A DNA stretch of 64,000 nucleotides, taken from positions 1-64,000 of the IMG/VR virus record IMGVR_UViG_3300010367_000050, one strand, 5' to 3'. The notes beneath the pieces were generated by a model. The model was not told the origin of the DNA. It did not search any database and saw only the letters and a program-made list of their open reading frames with translations. Source of the stretch: a virus. A program made the translations under genes and the position numbers. Positions 19,315 through 29,000 of the stretch are shown here, piece by piece. Numbering within the stretch: the stretch's first letter is position 1; each line of letters opens with the position of its first letter.

Positions 19315-19575
19315 CTATGGCCATGTGAATTTCTTGCAGAACTCATCAAGGTTGCGGACGAATGTATCGCCGTCAACTCCAAAGAGGCTCACAGACTTAT
19401 ATACCACATAGTCCTTGCCTTCGCGTGCACCATTGTCGGCGCAGACCGCAAGATGAACAACCATGTACCGGTTATTGCTTTTGATGTGACGAAAGAACAA
19501 ACCTTCGTTGACGTCTACAGGTTTGAGGTGATCAGGTTTTGGGGTGGGTTTGTCTTTTGGAGCTTTCTTGGGCAC
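19315..19575 (-). CDS. DUF1653-like small protein
   Basis: FRHIKSNNRYMVV...VVYKS...FVRNLDEFCKKF; start GTG 19575. Confidence 0.7.
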   Translation of the reverse strand: MPKKAPKDKPTPKPDHLKPVDVNEGLFFRHIKSNNRYMVVHLAVCADNGAREGKDYVVYKSVSLFGVDGDTFVRNLDEFCKKFTWP

Positions 19576-19576
19576 G

Positions 19577-21031
19577 TTACATCCTTTCTTGTAGATAAGC
19601 GTATACGTCCGGTGGCAAGGACGGGAAGCCCTCTGCCATCTTGAAACCTTTTGTAGACTCAATAATGATTTGGCGACCTCTGGAGTGCTTGGCACATACA
19701 GAGTTGAACTCATCGTCAAAGTCCACATACCAGGCTGTCTTGTTGCCTGTGTTATTCTGGCGAAGTGTTCTGCCAATAGACTGTTTGATGCTGATCTCGT
19801 TACAACCTCCACCAGCATAGATAAGTGCTTCAATGTCAGGAACATCTATGCCAGTATCAAAGATGGGAGTGCATATACAAGCAAACTTCTCTCCTGACTC
19901 CAATCTCTTCAGAGTCTTTACACGGTTGCTTGCTTGACTATGAGTTAGGGTTGCTCCAGGGTAGTGTCTGTGTATACGCTTTCCATGATCAGTGTGCCTT
20001 ACCAGCACTACAGTCTGTCGTCCTGTGGCTACAAAGGCTTCAGCTAACAAGGCCACAAGTCTGTTGCGCTCGTCAGCCATCTCCACTACACCCCAGTCTA
20101 ATCCATACTTGCAGGTGGAAGCTAGGCGAGTAAGGTTCACAGGTAGAAAGACCGCATTTAGATTTGCGCTGATTCCTCTCTCGATAAGCGTATCATTCCC
20201 GAGGTTGGCTAGAACCGGACCCGTAAGACCCAATACGAAATGCTTCTGAACATTACCCTCTCGGAAGGGCGTACCCGAGAAGCCTACGCGCACGTCGCCC
20301 GTAGTGCCTTCAACCGAATTGAAATACCTATCGTCGGATAGGCAGTGACACTCGTCAGGGAACACAAACTCTGCGTCTTTCAAGAATCGAATGGTCTTGG
20401 AGAGCTTTGGAGTTTTCTTTCGCTTGGCTATGGTGTGGTACATAGCAACAGTGATATCGTCAGGCTGGAACGTTCCATCTCCAACAATTCCAATGTTACG
20501 TTCCAGAGCAAACGAAAGCCTGTGAGCTGTCTGAGTCAACAACTCCTTACGAGGAACATACACCACACCCTTTTGAAATTTGCCAGCCTTTATTGTGCCG
20601 GCCATGATCTCAGTCTTGCCGCCGTTTGTGGCAACCTGAATGACACCTCTGCTGTATCGGAGAATCTTCCACACGGCTTCCAGCTGATAATCGCGGAGTT
20701 CAATCTGACCCAGCTTGGGATGGGGTAGGACAAGCTGTGCTATGGACTCCACAGCCTTGGGCTCGGGATAACCTATGACCTCAACATCGTGCCCGTTCTT
20801 GCGCAGAACGGTGACAGCTTTGGAGATCAATCCGCTGTAGAACTTGCCAGTCTGTAGAGAGAAGAAGTGCTGTTTGCCGTCCCACATTCCACTCTGGTAC
20901 AAGGGACTGAAGAAGTAACCTTCCTTATGGAATGACAAATTATCATCCAACAGCTTGTAGGCATGCCGGAGGTCTCGTGGGTCATCGGCGGATAGCTCAG
21001 ACCTCACACGGTCATATGTGATTGTGATCAT
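19577..21031 (-). CDS. SF2 DNA helicase (UvsW-like)
   Basis: LRDYQ, ATNGGKT, DECH, SGTP, TGIDVP, QSIGRTLR; likely start ATG 21031. Confidence 0.92.
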   Translation of the reverse strand: MITITYDRVRSELSADDPRDLRHAYKLLDDNLSFHKEGYFFSPLYQSGMWDGKQHFFSLQTGKFYSGLISKAVTVLRKNGHDVEVIGYPEPKAVESIAQLVLPHPKLGQIELRDYQLEAVWKILRYSRGVIQVATNGGKTEIMAGTIKAGKFQKGVVYVPRKELLTQTAHRLSFALERNIGIVGDGTFQPDDITVAMYHTIAKRKKTPKLSKTIRFLKDAEFVFPDECHCLSDDRYFNSVEGTTGDVRVGFSGTPFREGNVQKHFVLGLTGPVLANLGNDTLIERGISANLNAVFLPVNLTRLASTCKYGLDWGVVEMADERNRLVALLAEAFVATGRQTVVLVRHTDHGKRIHRHYPGATLTHSQASNRVKTLKRLESGEKFACICTPIFDTGIDVPDIEALIYAGGGCNEISIKQSIGRTLRQNNTGNKTAWYVDFDDEFNSVCAKHSRGRQIIIESTKGFKMAEGFPSLPPDVYAYLQERM

Positions 21032-21083
21032 TTTTCCGTCCCTAGGAATAGGGACGATTTTGGGAGTGTAAAGGTTTTCTGGA

Positions 21084-21111
21084 AAAGAGAAAAGGCCCAC
21101 AACCGTGGGCC
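21084..21111 (-). terminator. Rho-independent terminator ending the late/lysis operon
   Basis: minus strand GGCCCAC-GGTT-GTGGGCC-TTTTCTCTTT. Confidence 0.8.
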
Positions 21112-21117
21112 AATCCC

Positions 21118-21324
21118 TTATGACTGTTGGTTGAGATCAGCCTCAGCCTTGGCAATCTCAGAATCAGCAAAATCTACGATCTGGTTTGCTTTGGTCTCAG
21201 CCATTTTGTGGAAGTCATCAAACGATAGTGCCGTCTGACCCTTTACAGCCTGGTTTGCTTTGTATTCAGCGTACAGCTGAACGGCCAGGGTAACGGCAGC
21301 AAGTACAAGCTGCTGTGTATTCAC
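21118..21324 (-). CDS. small lysis-cassette protein
   Basis: 68 aa, hydrophobic N-terminus, AAGGAGG RBS. Confidence 0.65.
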   Translation of the reverse strand: MNTQQLVLAAVTLAVQLYAEYKANQAVKGQTALSFDDFHKMAETKANQIVDFADSEIAKAEADLNQQS

Positions 21325-21336
21325 GAGCCCTCCTTG

Positions 21337-21807
21337 TTAGTGGTTGGACAGCTGGACAACAGTGGAGATGGTGTTGAAGCCCAGCTGAATGGACGAAAGC
21401 AACTGGTTGAACTTCGCCAGGGAGTCCGGGTCCAAGCCGCCGACGGAGTTGACGATGACTTGAATATCAGCCAGACCTTGAGCAACTTGTGTACGAATGT
21501 CAGCCGCACTCGCGTGGGACTTGATCAATCCGCTGAGTACAGGCTCCATCTGGCCGATTTTCTTGAAGGCTGATTGGATGACGATGTGATCCTGTGGCTT
21601 GATCAACTTCAGGGAGTACACGTCAGCTTCAGCCTGTTGAGCCAGTGAAGTGTAATTCATGACGTCATTCAGAACCGATTCGGCCTTGGCATAGGGGTCA
21701 AGGGTTGGGGCAACAACTCCAGTTGTGGAGGTGGAAGCCCGGTGAGCGCAACCGACTGTCGAGAAGACCAGAACGGCTGTAATGGTCAGGGCAAAAATCC
21801 TGCGCAT
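21337..21807 (-). CDS. lipoprotein, candidate spanin / outer-membrane disruption protein
   Basis: MRRIFALTITAVLVFSTVG-C lipobox, helical body, in the lysis cassette; AAGGAG RBS. Confidence 0.7.
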   Translation of the reverse strand: MRRIFALTITAVLVFSTVGCAHRASTSTTGVVAPTLDPYAKAESVLNDVMNYTSLAQQAEADVYSLKLIKPQDHIVIQSAFKKIGQMEPVLSGLIKSHASAADIRTQVAQGLADIQVIVNSVGGLDPDSLAKFNQLLSSIQLGFNTISTVVQLSNH

Positions 21808-21820
21808 GGGTTGCTCCTTG

Positions 21821-22180
21821 TTATTCGTATTTGGGAATTTCCCTGGACAGACCCTTGGGAAGCTTGGAGTCCAGGAAGTCCAAGACATCGTCGGCCAGAT
21901 ACCCGGCGAACACCGCGGTCAGCTTTGTGATGGGAGCGGCGTATGTCAATGTGATACCAGCCCAGGCAAACAACTTGTTGGCGAGTGTTGGGTCCCCCAC
22001 GTAGATAAGAAACAGACCCAGGAAGATGCCGAAGCGGATCACAAGCGGCACCCATAGCTTGATGAACCACGCTCCCATGGAAGGAGAAACGCCAGCCTTG
22101 ACAGCGTTCTGCGCTCCCTTGAGACAGTGAAAAAGGAATCCCAGCAGCAGTAGCAGGGACAGAATGACGAGGTTGTTCAT
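21821..22180 (-). CDS. putative holin (2-3 TM segments)
   Basis: Hydrophobic segments with a charged C-tail, directly after the endolysin. Confidence 0.65.
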   Translation of the reverse strand: MNNLVILSLLLLLGFLFHCLKGAQNAVKAGVSPSMGAWFIKLWVPLVIRFGIFLGLFLIYVGDPTLANKLFAWAGITLTYAAPITKLTAVFAGYLADDVLDFLDSKLPKGLSREIPKYE

Positions 22181-22193
22181 TATGATCTCCTTG

Positions 22194-22772
22194 TTAGATT
22201 GTGGGCCTTGTGTCAGCCCGTCTCAACCACCCATTCAGAAAAACCTTCTGCGTTGGGTCTCGTGCGACGATTGCGTTGTAATGGATTTTAGCCACTTGTA
22301 CCAAATTGGTGTAAACCTGCTCTGGCGTGCACAGGTGAAGAGTGCTCAGAGTGGTAGGCCCGAGGTCTCCATCCAACGTGAGATGAACGCCAGAGCAAGC
22401 AGTGATGGCGGTCTGTAGCATAATCCTGCCAACCTTGGGTCCACAATTGTATCCCAGATCGAAGGTCTTCACTGCTAACAGAGGGTCCATCTGCTCGAAT
22501 GCAGGTACATAAAATTTCAGTACCTTTGCAATTTCTCTAACATCAGAGCGACTCAGCTTGCGCAGATCATCAATGTCTACATCACCGTCTCCGTCCTTGT
22601 CAAAGGACACTGCAAAGTGATAAGCCATAGCGACCTTGCTGGCGTTGATCAAAGTTTGAAGGGTGACCCCCATCATTGTAGGGCCACCCTTGTCCAGAGG
22701 GTGATTTGAAAAACCACCCTCTATGTCCGGCCTCAGAGTGAAATCAAGGCACTTGTCCAGTATGTCTGCCAT
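22194..22772 (-). CDS. endolysin, glycoside hydrolase family 108 with PG-binding C-domain
   Basis: EGGFSNHPLDKGGPTMMGVT, FDLGYNCG, DGDLGPTT, FLNGWLRR. Confidence 0.92.
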   Translation of the reverse strand: MADILDKCLDFTLRPDIEGGFSNHPLDKGGPTMMGVTLQTLINASKVAMAYHFAVSFDKDGDGDVDIDDLRKLSRSDVREIAKVLKFYVPAFEQMDPLLAVKTFDLGYNCGPKVGRIMLQTAITACSGVHLTLDGDLGPTTLSTLHLCTPEQVYTNLVQVAKIHYNAIVARDPTQKVFLNGWLRRADTRPTI

Positions 22773-22781
22773 GTTATTCTC

Positions 22782-23384
22782 CTAGTGCATTTGAGACAGG
22801 GAGTGGGTGTAGAACCGGAAGAGTAGCACGCACACAGTGATTACAAGTCCCAGCGCAACAGAGGCAAACACGACAAGCGCACCAAACACCTGTGTAACCA
22901 ATATGGCTCCGATCCCTCGCTGTACAAGCTTCTCGTGCTTGTTGAGGTCCATACGGAGTTCGTGATGACCTCTCATCATATCTTCACGAAGCTTTTCAAG
23001 AGCTTGCTCGTTCTTCTCCATGCGCCGCTCGTTGGCTACGTGCATTTCTATTGTTTTTTCTTCTTTGTCTTTCACCATCTTCTCCACGAGGAATTTGGTG
23101 TCAACATTAGCTTGTTGCCAGCCTTTGTCGTAATGCTGACGTCTGGCTGGTTCCCCCTGAATGAAGGACTCAACCTTTGAGGCCCAACCTTCAACCTTGG
23201 CAGTAAGTTCATCAATCTTGCCTGTCAATACTTTCTCAAGTTTAGTCAAAAGTCCATCCGTCCCGCTGTGATCAAAGAGCATATTCATCCGCAACTCCGT
23301 CTCAGCTTGAAAGGTTTTCAGGCTCTCGATATCTTTGTCATGAGATATGTCGAGTGAACGCCCGCTGGCTCTGGTTGTGCCCAT
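22782..23384 (-). CDS. coiled-coil membrane protein (holin/antiholin-like)
   Basis: Coiled coil followed by a long C-terminal hydrophobic segment, just upstream of the endolysin. Confidence 0.55.
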   Translation of the reverse strand: MGTTRASGRSLDISHDKDIESLKTFQAETELRMNMLFDHSGTDGLLTKLEKVLTGKIDELTAKVEGWASKVESFIQGEPARRQHYDKGWQQANVDTKFLVEKMVKDKEEKTIEMHVANERRMEKNEQALEKLREDMMRGHHELRMDLNKHEKLVQRGIGAILVTQVFGALVVFASVALGLVITVCVLLFRFYTHSLSQMH

Positions 23385-23415
23385 TGTAACTCTCCTCTAA
23401 AGCATCGCCTGCGAA

Positions 23416-24273
23416 CTATTGAACGTCAGTCTCATACCAGGATTGGCTTAGATACGTTGTGGTGCCTCCGCGATTGATCTGATACCACCAACCAGCAGGC
23501 ACCATACACCGGAATCCAACTGGTTGATTATTTGTGGTAGCTCCATATTGATTCGCGTCTATTCTCATAGAGGGAAAGCTTGGACCTACAGTACAGTCAA
23601 CCCAAGACCAGTTGGAACCATTTACGTTGAACCACCCTGATACAAAAATCATGTGGTTGGTGTTATTCTGATACGGAACCCCTGACCCGCGTGAACCACT
23701 CACGTCGTGAACATTTCCACCGATAACTGTGGGGGCTGGCGTGTCACAATTAGCTGATCCAGTGGTAGTTACTCCAGTAGCGAATTGACCAGCGCTGCAC
23801 TGGTTAGGTGGATTGGCCAAAGCAGACGCGGTGTTAGCTGTATTGGCACTCCCAGCAGTCGTAGCGTTTCCGGCGTTCGTTGCATTGTCTGCGTTATTGG
23901 CGTGTCCAGCGTTTGTAGCATTTGCTGCATTCGTCGCATTCGTAGCGTTGACGGCATTCGTAGCGTTTGTAGCAGTTGTGGCACTGCCCGCACTACTGGA
24001 GTAGTCCGCGTTGGTAGCATGACCAGCGTTGGTAGCGGAACTTGCGTTTCCATTCAGTGAACCATTGAACACAGACGCTGTAACACTCGTTGCCACGTTC
24101 AAAGCATTAGCTACCAAGCTTGTAAACCCGCCGCTTGATGGCACGTTGTTACCGATTGGAGTGCTGTTGATCTGTGAAAGAGTGAGGTCCACTCCGCGTT
24201 GAGGAGTCAACCCAAAGGCAACTCCCAAGACAACGAGGATAACGGTAGCTCCAAATAATGTCTTGTTACGCAT
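23416..24273 (-). CDS. tail-fibre-like protein with N-terminal signal peptide
   Basis: MRNKTLFGATVILVVLGVAFG; FNGSLNGNASSAT followed by NAT/NAG/NAD tripeptide repeats; C-terminal domain SRGSGVPYQNNT...VPAGWWY. Confidence 0.75.
   Translation of the reverse strand: MRNKTLFGATVILVVLGVAFGLTPQRGVDLTLSQINSTPIGNNVPSSGGFTSLVANALNVATSVTASVFNGSLNGNASSATNAGHATNADYSSSAGSATTATNATNAVNATNATNAANATNAGHANNADNATNAGNATTAGSANTANTASALANPPNQCSAGQFATGVTTTGSANCDTPAPTVIGGNVHDVSGSRGSGVPYQNNTNHMIFVSGWFNVNGSNWSWVDCTVGPSFPSMRIDANQYGATTNNQPVGFRCMVPAGWWYQINRGGTTTYLSQSWYETDVQ
23820..24050 (-). repeat. 9-nt-period coding repeat (Asn-Ala-Thr/x)n
   Basis: ATNATNAVNATNATNAANATNAGHANNADNATNAGNATT. Confidence 0.8.
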
Positions 24274-24282
24274 AATGTCTCC

Positions 24283-25185
24283 TTAGATGGCTGTCATAGC
24301 CGTGAGAGGGTACAATTCCAGGTTGTCATGAGCCTTGAATTTCTGCTGCGATCTACTGTTGGCATCTGGAGCGACAAGGCCGAACCCGTGAACTGTGCCG
24401 GGGTTGGCAACGCCTCGGTTACCTAATCCGTCCTGTTGGAATATCAGGGTGATCTCCATACCTTCCTTCAGGTTGCTGAATCCGAAGGTGGCTACATCAC
24501 TTGATAACAGGATATGGAATGTTCTTCCCAGAGAGGCGTCCATAGTCATACCGGTAGCACCATTCACGTGGACTGTGGTTTCCAGTAGCTTTGCGGTCAA
24601 CAACGCGCTGGTGATGAGGGCCAGGATAGCCGGGATGGACTGGAAGAATTGTGTGCGTTCAAACTTGATTTGATCAGCTGTGATAGCTGTTTGCCCAAAT
24701 TCTCGCTTGACATCGCAAAGAAGACTTCCCACGAATCCGGCTGGGGGAGCTACTGGGTACACCGGTTCGTAGTCTTCATCGCCGACGACGAAAATGTATT
24801 GAACGTCGTCGTATGTTCTGTAGTTGATTACGTCACCCGCAGGAGTGGTGAGGGGAGTATCTGAAGTTTGCTTCGGGCAAGCGTACACTGTGACCCAGCG
24901 AGATTTACCGGCTGCTGACACTGTGCCAGTCTGGGATAGATCGAGTGCCGTTGCCAGTGATGTTACCACTATGGTTCCGTCCTCCAGTACAATCTTGCCC
25001 GGCTGGACTAGCACAGACATGGAGTTGACTGGAGTGGTAGGAAGCGTTCCGAACCCATTGACGATGCCTTTGTTTCCAAATGACACGAGGACATCACGGA
25101 TTCCATTCTGAGGAACGGTCTCCACGGCTGTCATGTCTGGTACGCCGATGAGTTGTTCAAAATAGTAATTGTGCCGTTCCATCAA
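24283..25185 (-). CDS. baseplate-attached short tail fibre / adaptor
   Basis: MERHNYYFEQL..GIVNGF..VLVQPG N-terminal baseplate-fibre motif; no signal peptide. Confidence 0.65.
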   Translation of the reverse strand: MMERHNYYFEQLIGVPDMTAVETVPQNGIRDVLVSFGNKGIVNGFGTLPTTPVNSMSVLVQPGKIVLEDGTIVVTSLATALDLSQTGTVSAAGKSRWVTVYACPKQTSDTPLTTPAGDVINYRTYDDVQYIFVVGDEDYEPVYPVAPPAGFVGSLLCDVKREFGQTAITADQIKFERTQFFQSIPAILALITSALLTAKLLETTVHVNGATGMTMDASLGRTFHILLSSDVATFGFSNLKEGMEITLIFQQDGLGNRGVANPGTVHGFGLVAPDANSRSQQKFKAHDNLELYPLTAMTAI

Positions 25186-25194
25186 ATCTCCTCG

Positions 25195-25953
25195 TTATTG
25201 AAAGACAAAGCGCCAGTTGTACCTGGCGGGCTTCATGAATTCCACAATGGTAGCGATCTCATCCAACAGATTGTCGTTGGCTCCAAACATGAAGTAGGGG
25301 TCCGCGTACAAGTCAGTGACTTCATCTGCAGACACAGTCCTATTCCAAATTCTCACGTATTCCAAAGCTGGATTGTTGTAGAAACTTTCCAATTCAGGAA
25401 GGTCTGAAAACTTTGAGATCGTAAGAAATCTGGCAGCTGGAGACTGAGTATCCGTTAGAATTCCATCGATGTAAGTGAATTGCCCAATTCCGGGGTCTTG
25501 TGAGATCACAACATGGCGTTGGTGATCAGAATTATCCCACGCTAAATACTCGATGGAGTATTTGCCGGCCAGGAAAACGTCCTCAGCTAAATTAGCATCG
25601 GCTCCCGAGAAGTCAATTCTCAGCGCAGGCCTCGCATCGGTTCCTACTGTAACCCAAGTTGCACCAGAACGAGTCGCGGTGTTCCCGCCAGCTACATCAT
25701 CAGCATTTCCTGCACCTTCCCATAGGGGCCAAAATTGCGGTATAAACTCTAATGATGGACCCTGCGCTATGGTCAGACTGGATGACGCGGGTTTAGCCCC
25801 GGCTATCCTACGCTTGACATAAACAATGAAAGTTGGAGAGTTGGGGTCATACAGAATTGTAGCCCCTTCTTCGACAGGGGGCGAAGAAGGGTCATAACCA
25901 CCCCACCCACCTTGACCCCAGCCGCCTTGACCCCATCCAATATTTGGACTCAT
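25195..25953 (-). CDS. baseplate wedge (gpI-like C-terminal part) with LamG/ConA-like insert
   Basis: GWGQGGWG N-terminal motif; YIDG, VRIWNRTVSADEVTDLY (LamG-like); ends IVEFMKPARYNWRF. Confidence 0.6.
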   Translation of the reverse strand: MSPNIGWGQGGWGQGGWGGYDPSSPPVEEGATILYDPNSPTFIVYVKRRIAGAKPASSSLTIAQGPSLEFIPQFWPLWEGAGNADDVAGGNTATRSGATWVTVGTDARPALRIDFSGADANLAEDVFLAGKYSIEYLAWDNSDHQRHVVISQDPGIGQFTYIDGILTDTQSPAARFLTISKFSDLPELESFYNNPALEYVRIWNRTVSADEVTDLYADPYFMFGANDNLLDEIATIVEFMKPARYNWRFVFQ

Positions 25954-25959
25954 GTGTAA

Positions 25960-25997
25960 CCCTCGGTTTGAAGTATATCACAATCTCAAACCGAGGG
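25960..25997 (-). promoter_or_regulatory. 12-bp inverted repeat covering the RBS, with an extended -10 in the loop
   Basis: minus CCCTCGGTTTGA-GATTGTGATATACT-TCAAACCGAGGG-TTACAC-ATG. Confidence 0.6.
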
Positions 25998-26044
25998 GTA
26001 GTTGATTCAGAATTACAGGCAACGCTGGTTACCATTGCAACAGG

Positions 26045-29000
26045 CTACCATGTCCAATAAATTGAAACATCGATTGTTGGAGCCGTTGCGCAAGTGCCAG
26101 AGCTTATAGCAATCCCATAATAATGTCCGCTTACTGTTGGAGTTACTCCTGATGCTTGGTAAACACCATCGGACGTACCTGTAAACAAGGTTTGTACAGT
26201 AGTTGCGGAACCATATACTGTTGATGGGCTTGTTCCTAAATCCATCAGGTTGATTGTGGGCGCAACCGTACAAGAAATCGAGCCTTCAAGACGCGCGGTG
26301 ATGAGCGGTCCAGTAGTACCGACATAGGTCGTATAAAATACATGACCTAGCATCGTTCCAGTTGCAAATACAGCAGGGGAAATAGTTGTACTGACATTCG
26401 TACTTATAAGCCCATTGTTAATTGCGTTTTGAACATATGCAGTTGTTGCAACTAACGTTGAACTATCAGCGCTTGTTTGAGTTGTGGCTGTTGTTCCATT
26501 AGGTAGCACTGTCGTATCGACAGCATTTAGGTTGGAATCTATTCCGACAATGTGGCCGCTGGTGAAGGTGCCCAACGCACTTAGTAATTTTGTGCCTGTT
26601 GTTCCTTGTACTCCTGTAAGTAGAGTGCTGCGACCAAAGAGTTCCAGACCTGTTTGCTTGAGGCCCCAGAGACGGTTGTTCAAGCTGTCGGAAAACAATG
26701 CTAAATAACCAGCAAATGAGGAGTCTGGTGATACAAAAATACCGCATCCGCCCGAAGGACAGGCACCACTGCTGCTGTTAGCCTTGATCCTGAAGATGGG
26801 AACAGTCCCAGTCATGAACCCAGTAGAAAAGGCAAAGTCCATGTTTGGATTGTTTGTGGCGGTTACTTGGAAATTGAATGGCTGAAGGCTAAGAACTCGG
26901 TCGTTTCCGTGAGTATTCCCGCACTGGAAAGCGTGAGACCAGCCATTGGTCATAATGTCAAATGAGCAATAATTGGCTCCGTTGGCTGCGTCTTGCGTCT
27001 TGATTCTCCAAGCTCCAGTACCGCCAAGTACGCTTCCCTGGGCGAAGTACACATTGTAGTTGTTGTCTGGAGTTTTGAACCCGGCCACTGTTCCAAAGTC
27101 TATTGGAGTAGCTGGAGAGTTCACTACAAGATAACCTGACGGGTTCCATTTGCTAGCTGTGTAAACTGTGCCAGCGCCACCAGTATCATACATACAAGGA
27201 TTGGTCTTTGTATTCGTGTAAAGGGCTGTGTCATAAACCACGATTGGACCAGAATATCCAGCTGTTCGAATCAAAGAGTAATAGAACGCCCCGAGAATGG
27301 GTCGAGGTAGACAAATTTGAATGTAATTGGTTGCACTCAGAGTTGCAGGCCCAGTAGTGACGTTGACTACAGGAGAACAACCACTGGGGTTGAGATTACC
27401 GCCTCCAGCTGCGCAAATCATGTAAGATGCTGAGGTACTTCCTACTGCCGCTGGAGGAATATAAACAGTAGGAGTTGTAAGAGTGTCCGGTTGGGTGACG
27501 AGAGCGCCTTTGCTAATAATTCCACCCAGTGCTGTTATTTGATGAAGTGCAGGATCAAAATACAATCCAACGCCTCCAGTCCTGGTAAACTTTACTGAAG
27601 GGGCTGTTACGGACCCTTGACCAACTTCAATAGCAGTGAATGCCTTAGTCGCAAAAAGATCCTGCGGCGGAATTCCTCCAACTTGTTGAGCAATCGAATT
27701 TAGCAAAGCTCGCCCACCAGGACCAATGTGGGTGGTAGGGTCACTAACTCCAAATAACAACCTGGTGAGTCCATCATGTGAGTTGGGTTGAGCAAAACCT
27801 ACATCAAGAAACATCGCGTTGCCGCTTACGCCACGATTGATCTGGTTTACTTGAGCCATTATTGCTTGATCTAAAGGACCAACCGCGTTTACAGTGGAAG
27901 TATTGCCTGCTTGGTACGCATCAACCCAAACTAAATCTGCGGTGTACGCTCGGCATTGCGTATCCCACCCGTAACCAGCTGCGTTACAAGCTGTCGATGT
28001 GCCATAGGTAGCTGCTTTGGTTACGTGTTGAGCGTTTGTGCGATCGTAGTCCTTTTGGAAGTAGGTTTCGATTCCATTCCCAGCTTCAGTCCTGTTATCG
28101 AAGTACTGCACATACGTTGTGTCTGGAATTGGCATTCCATTGTACCACGGAGCAGTATACGAGTCTGGAGCCGCAAACAAGCTATCATAGCTCGAACCGC
28201 CGAAGCCCATGTCTTCAATAACAATACCACTCTGGTTAGGGTTGTAAAGACCAAATCCCACGATCTTCACCGCATCGCCAGAGTTTGTTACCTTCACATA
28301 GCCAATTCCATCATGAGTGACCCTAGCTTCTTGAATGCTTATGTTTGATGTGAGAAGATTCCCCCATGTTGGCAATGAACCAGTACAACTTCCCCCGGTT
28401 ACAGTTATGGTAGATGTGTATGGGTTATATCCACTGCCCTGACTGGTAACAGTGACATGATCAATCTGACCTAGAGAATTAGGAAACGCAGTACCAACGA
28501 ATCCTGTGCCTCCAGTAGCTCCAAGAGTGAGTGTTCCACATCCAGACCCGCTGCCTACACCAAGCACTCCAACAGCAACAATACCTCCAGTAGCAGCGCA
28601 TGAACTTGGTTGGGTGCTAGAGAGAGTTTCGTTGAAATAGTTGAGACCGTCAGAAGACGTTTGAATATTGATGGTAGATGGCTTACCGTCGCACAGATAG
28701 AAGACGGAAGCCTGCTGCATATTGCGCTGTCGTGTATCTGTGCCCATTTGCGCTGAAACAAGATTGAATGTCAGAGTACCAGTAGTACTGGACGAACCCA
28801 GGATAAGGGACGAACCATTTGGAGTTGTGGGGTCTGGTGCCCCGTTAGGGGAAAGCGTTACAGAACCACTGGTACCGGAATTCAGATTGATTGAGCCCTG
28901 ACCGAGTCCATAGAAACCTTCATTGTTAGCTCCACCAGTATGCGCTGTACTAGTGAAATATCCAGCTACACCCAATCCAAAAGACTGCTGCATAATGGAA

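Noticed and set aside
23820-24050. CRISPR array or DGR template/variable repeat
   Set aside because: It is a degenerate 9-nt coding repeat; no spacers, no reverse transcriptase and no adenine-variant duplicate were seen.
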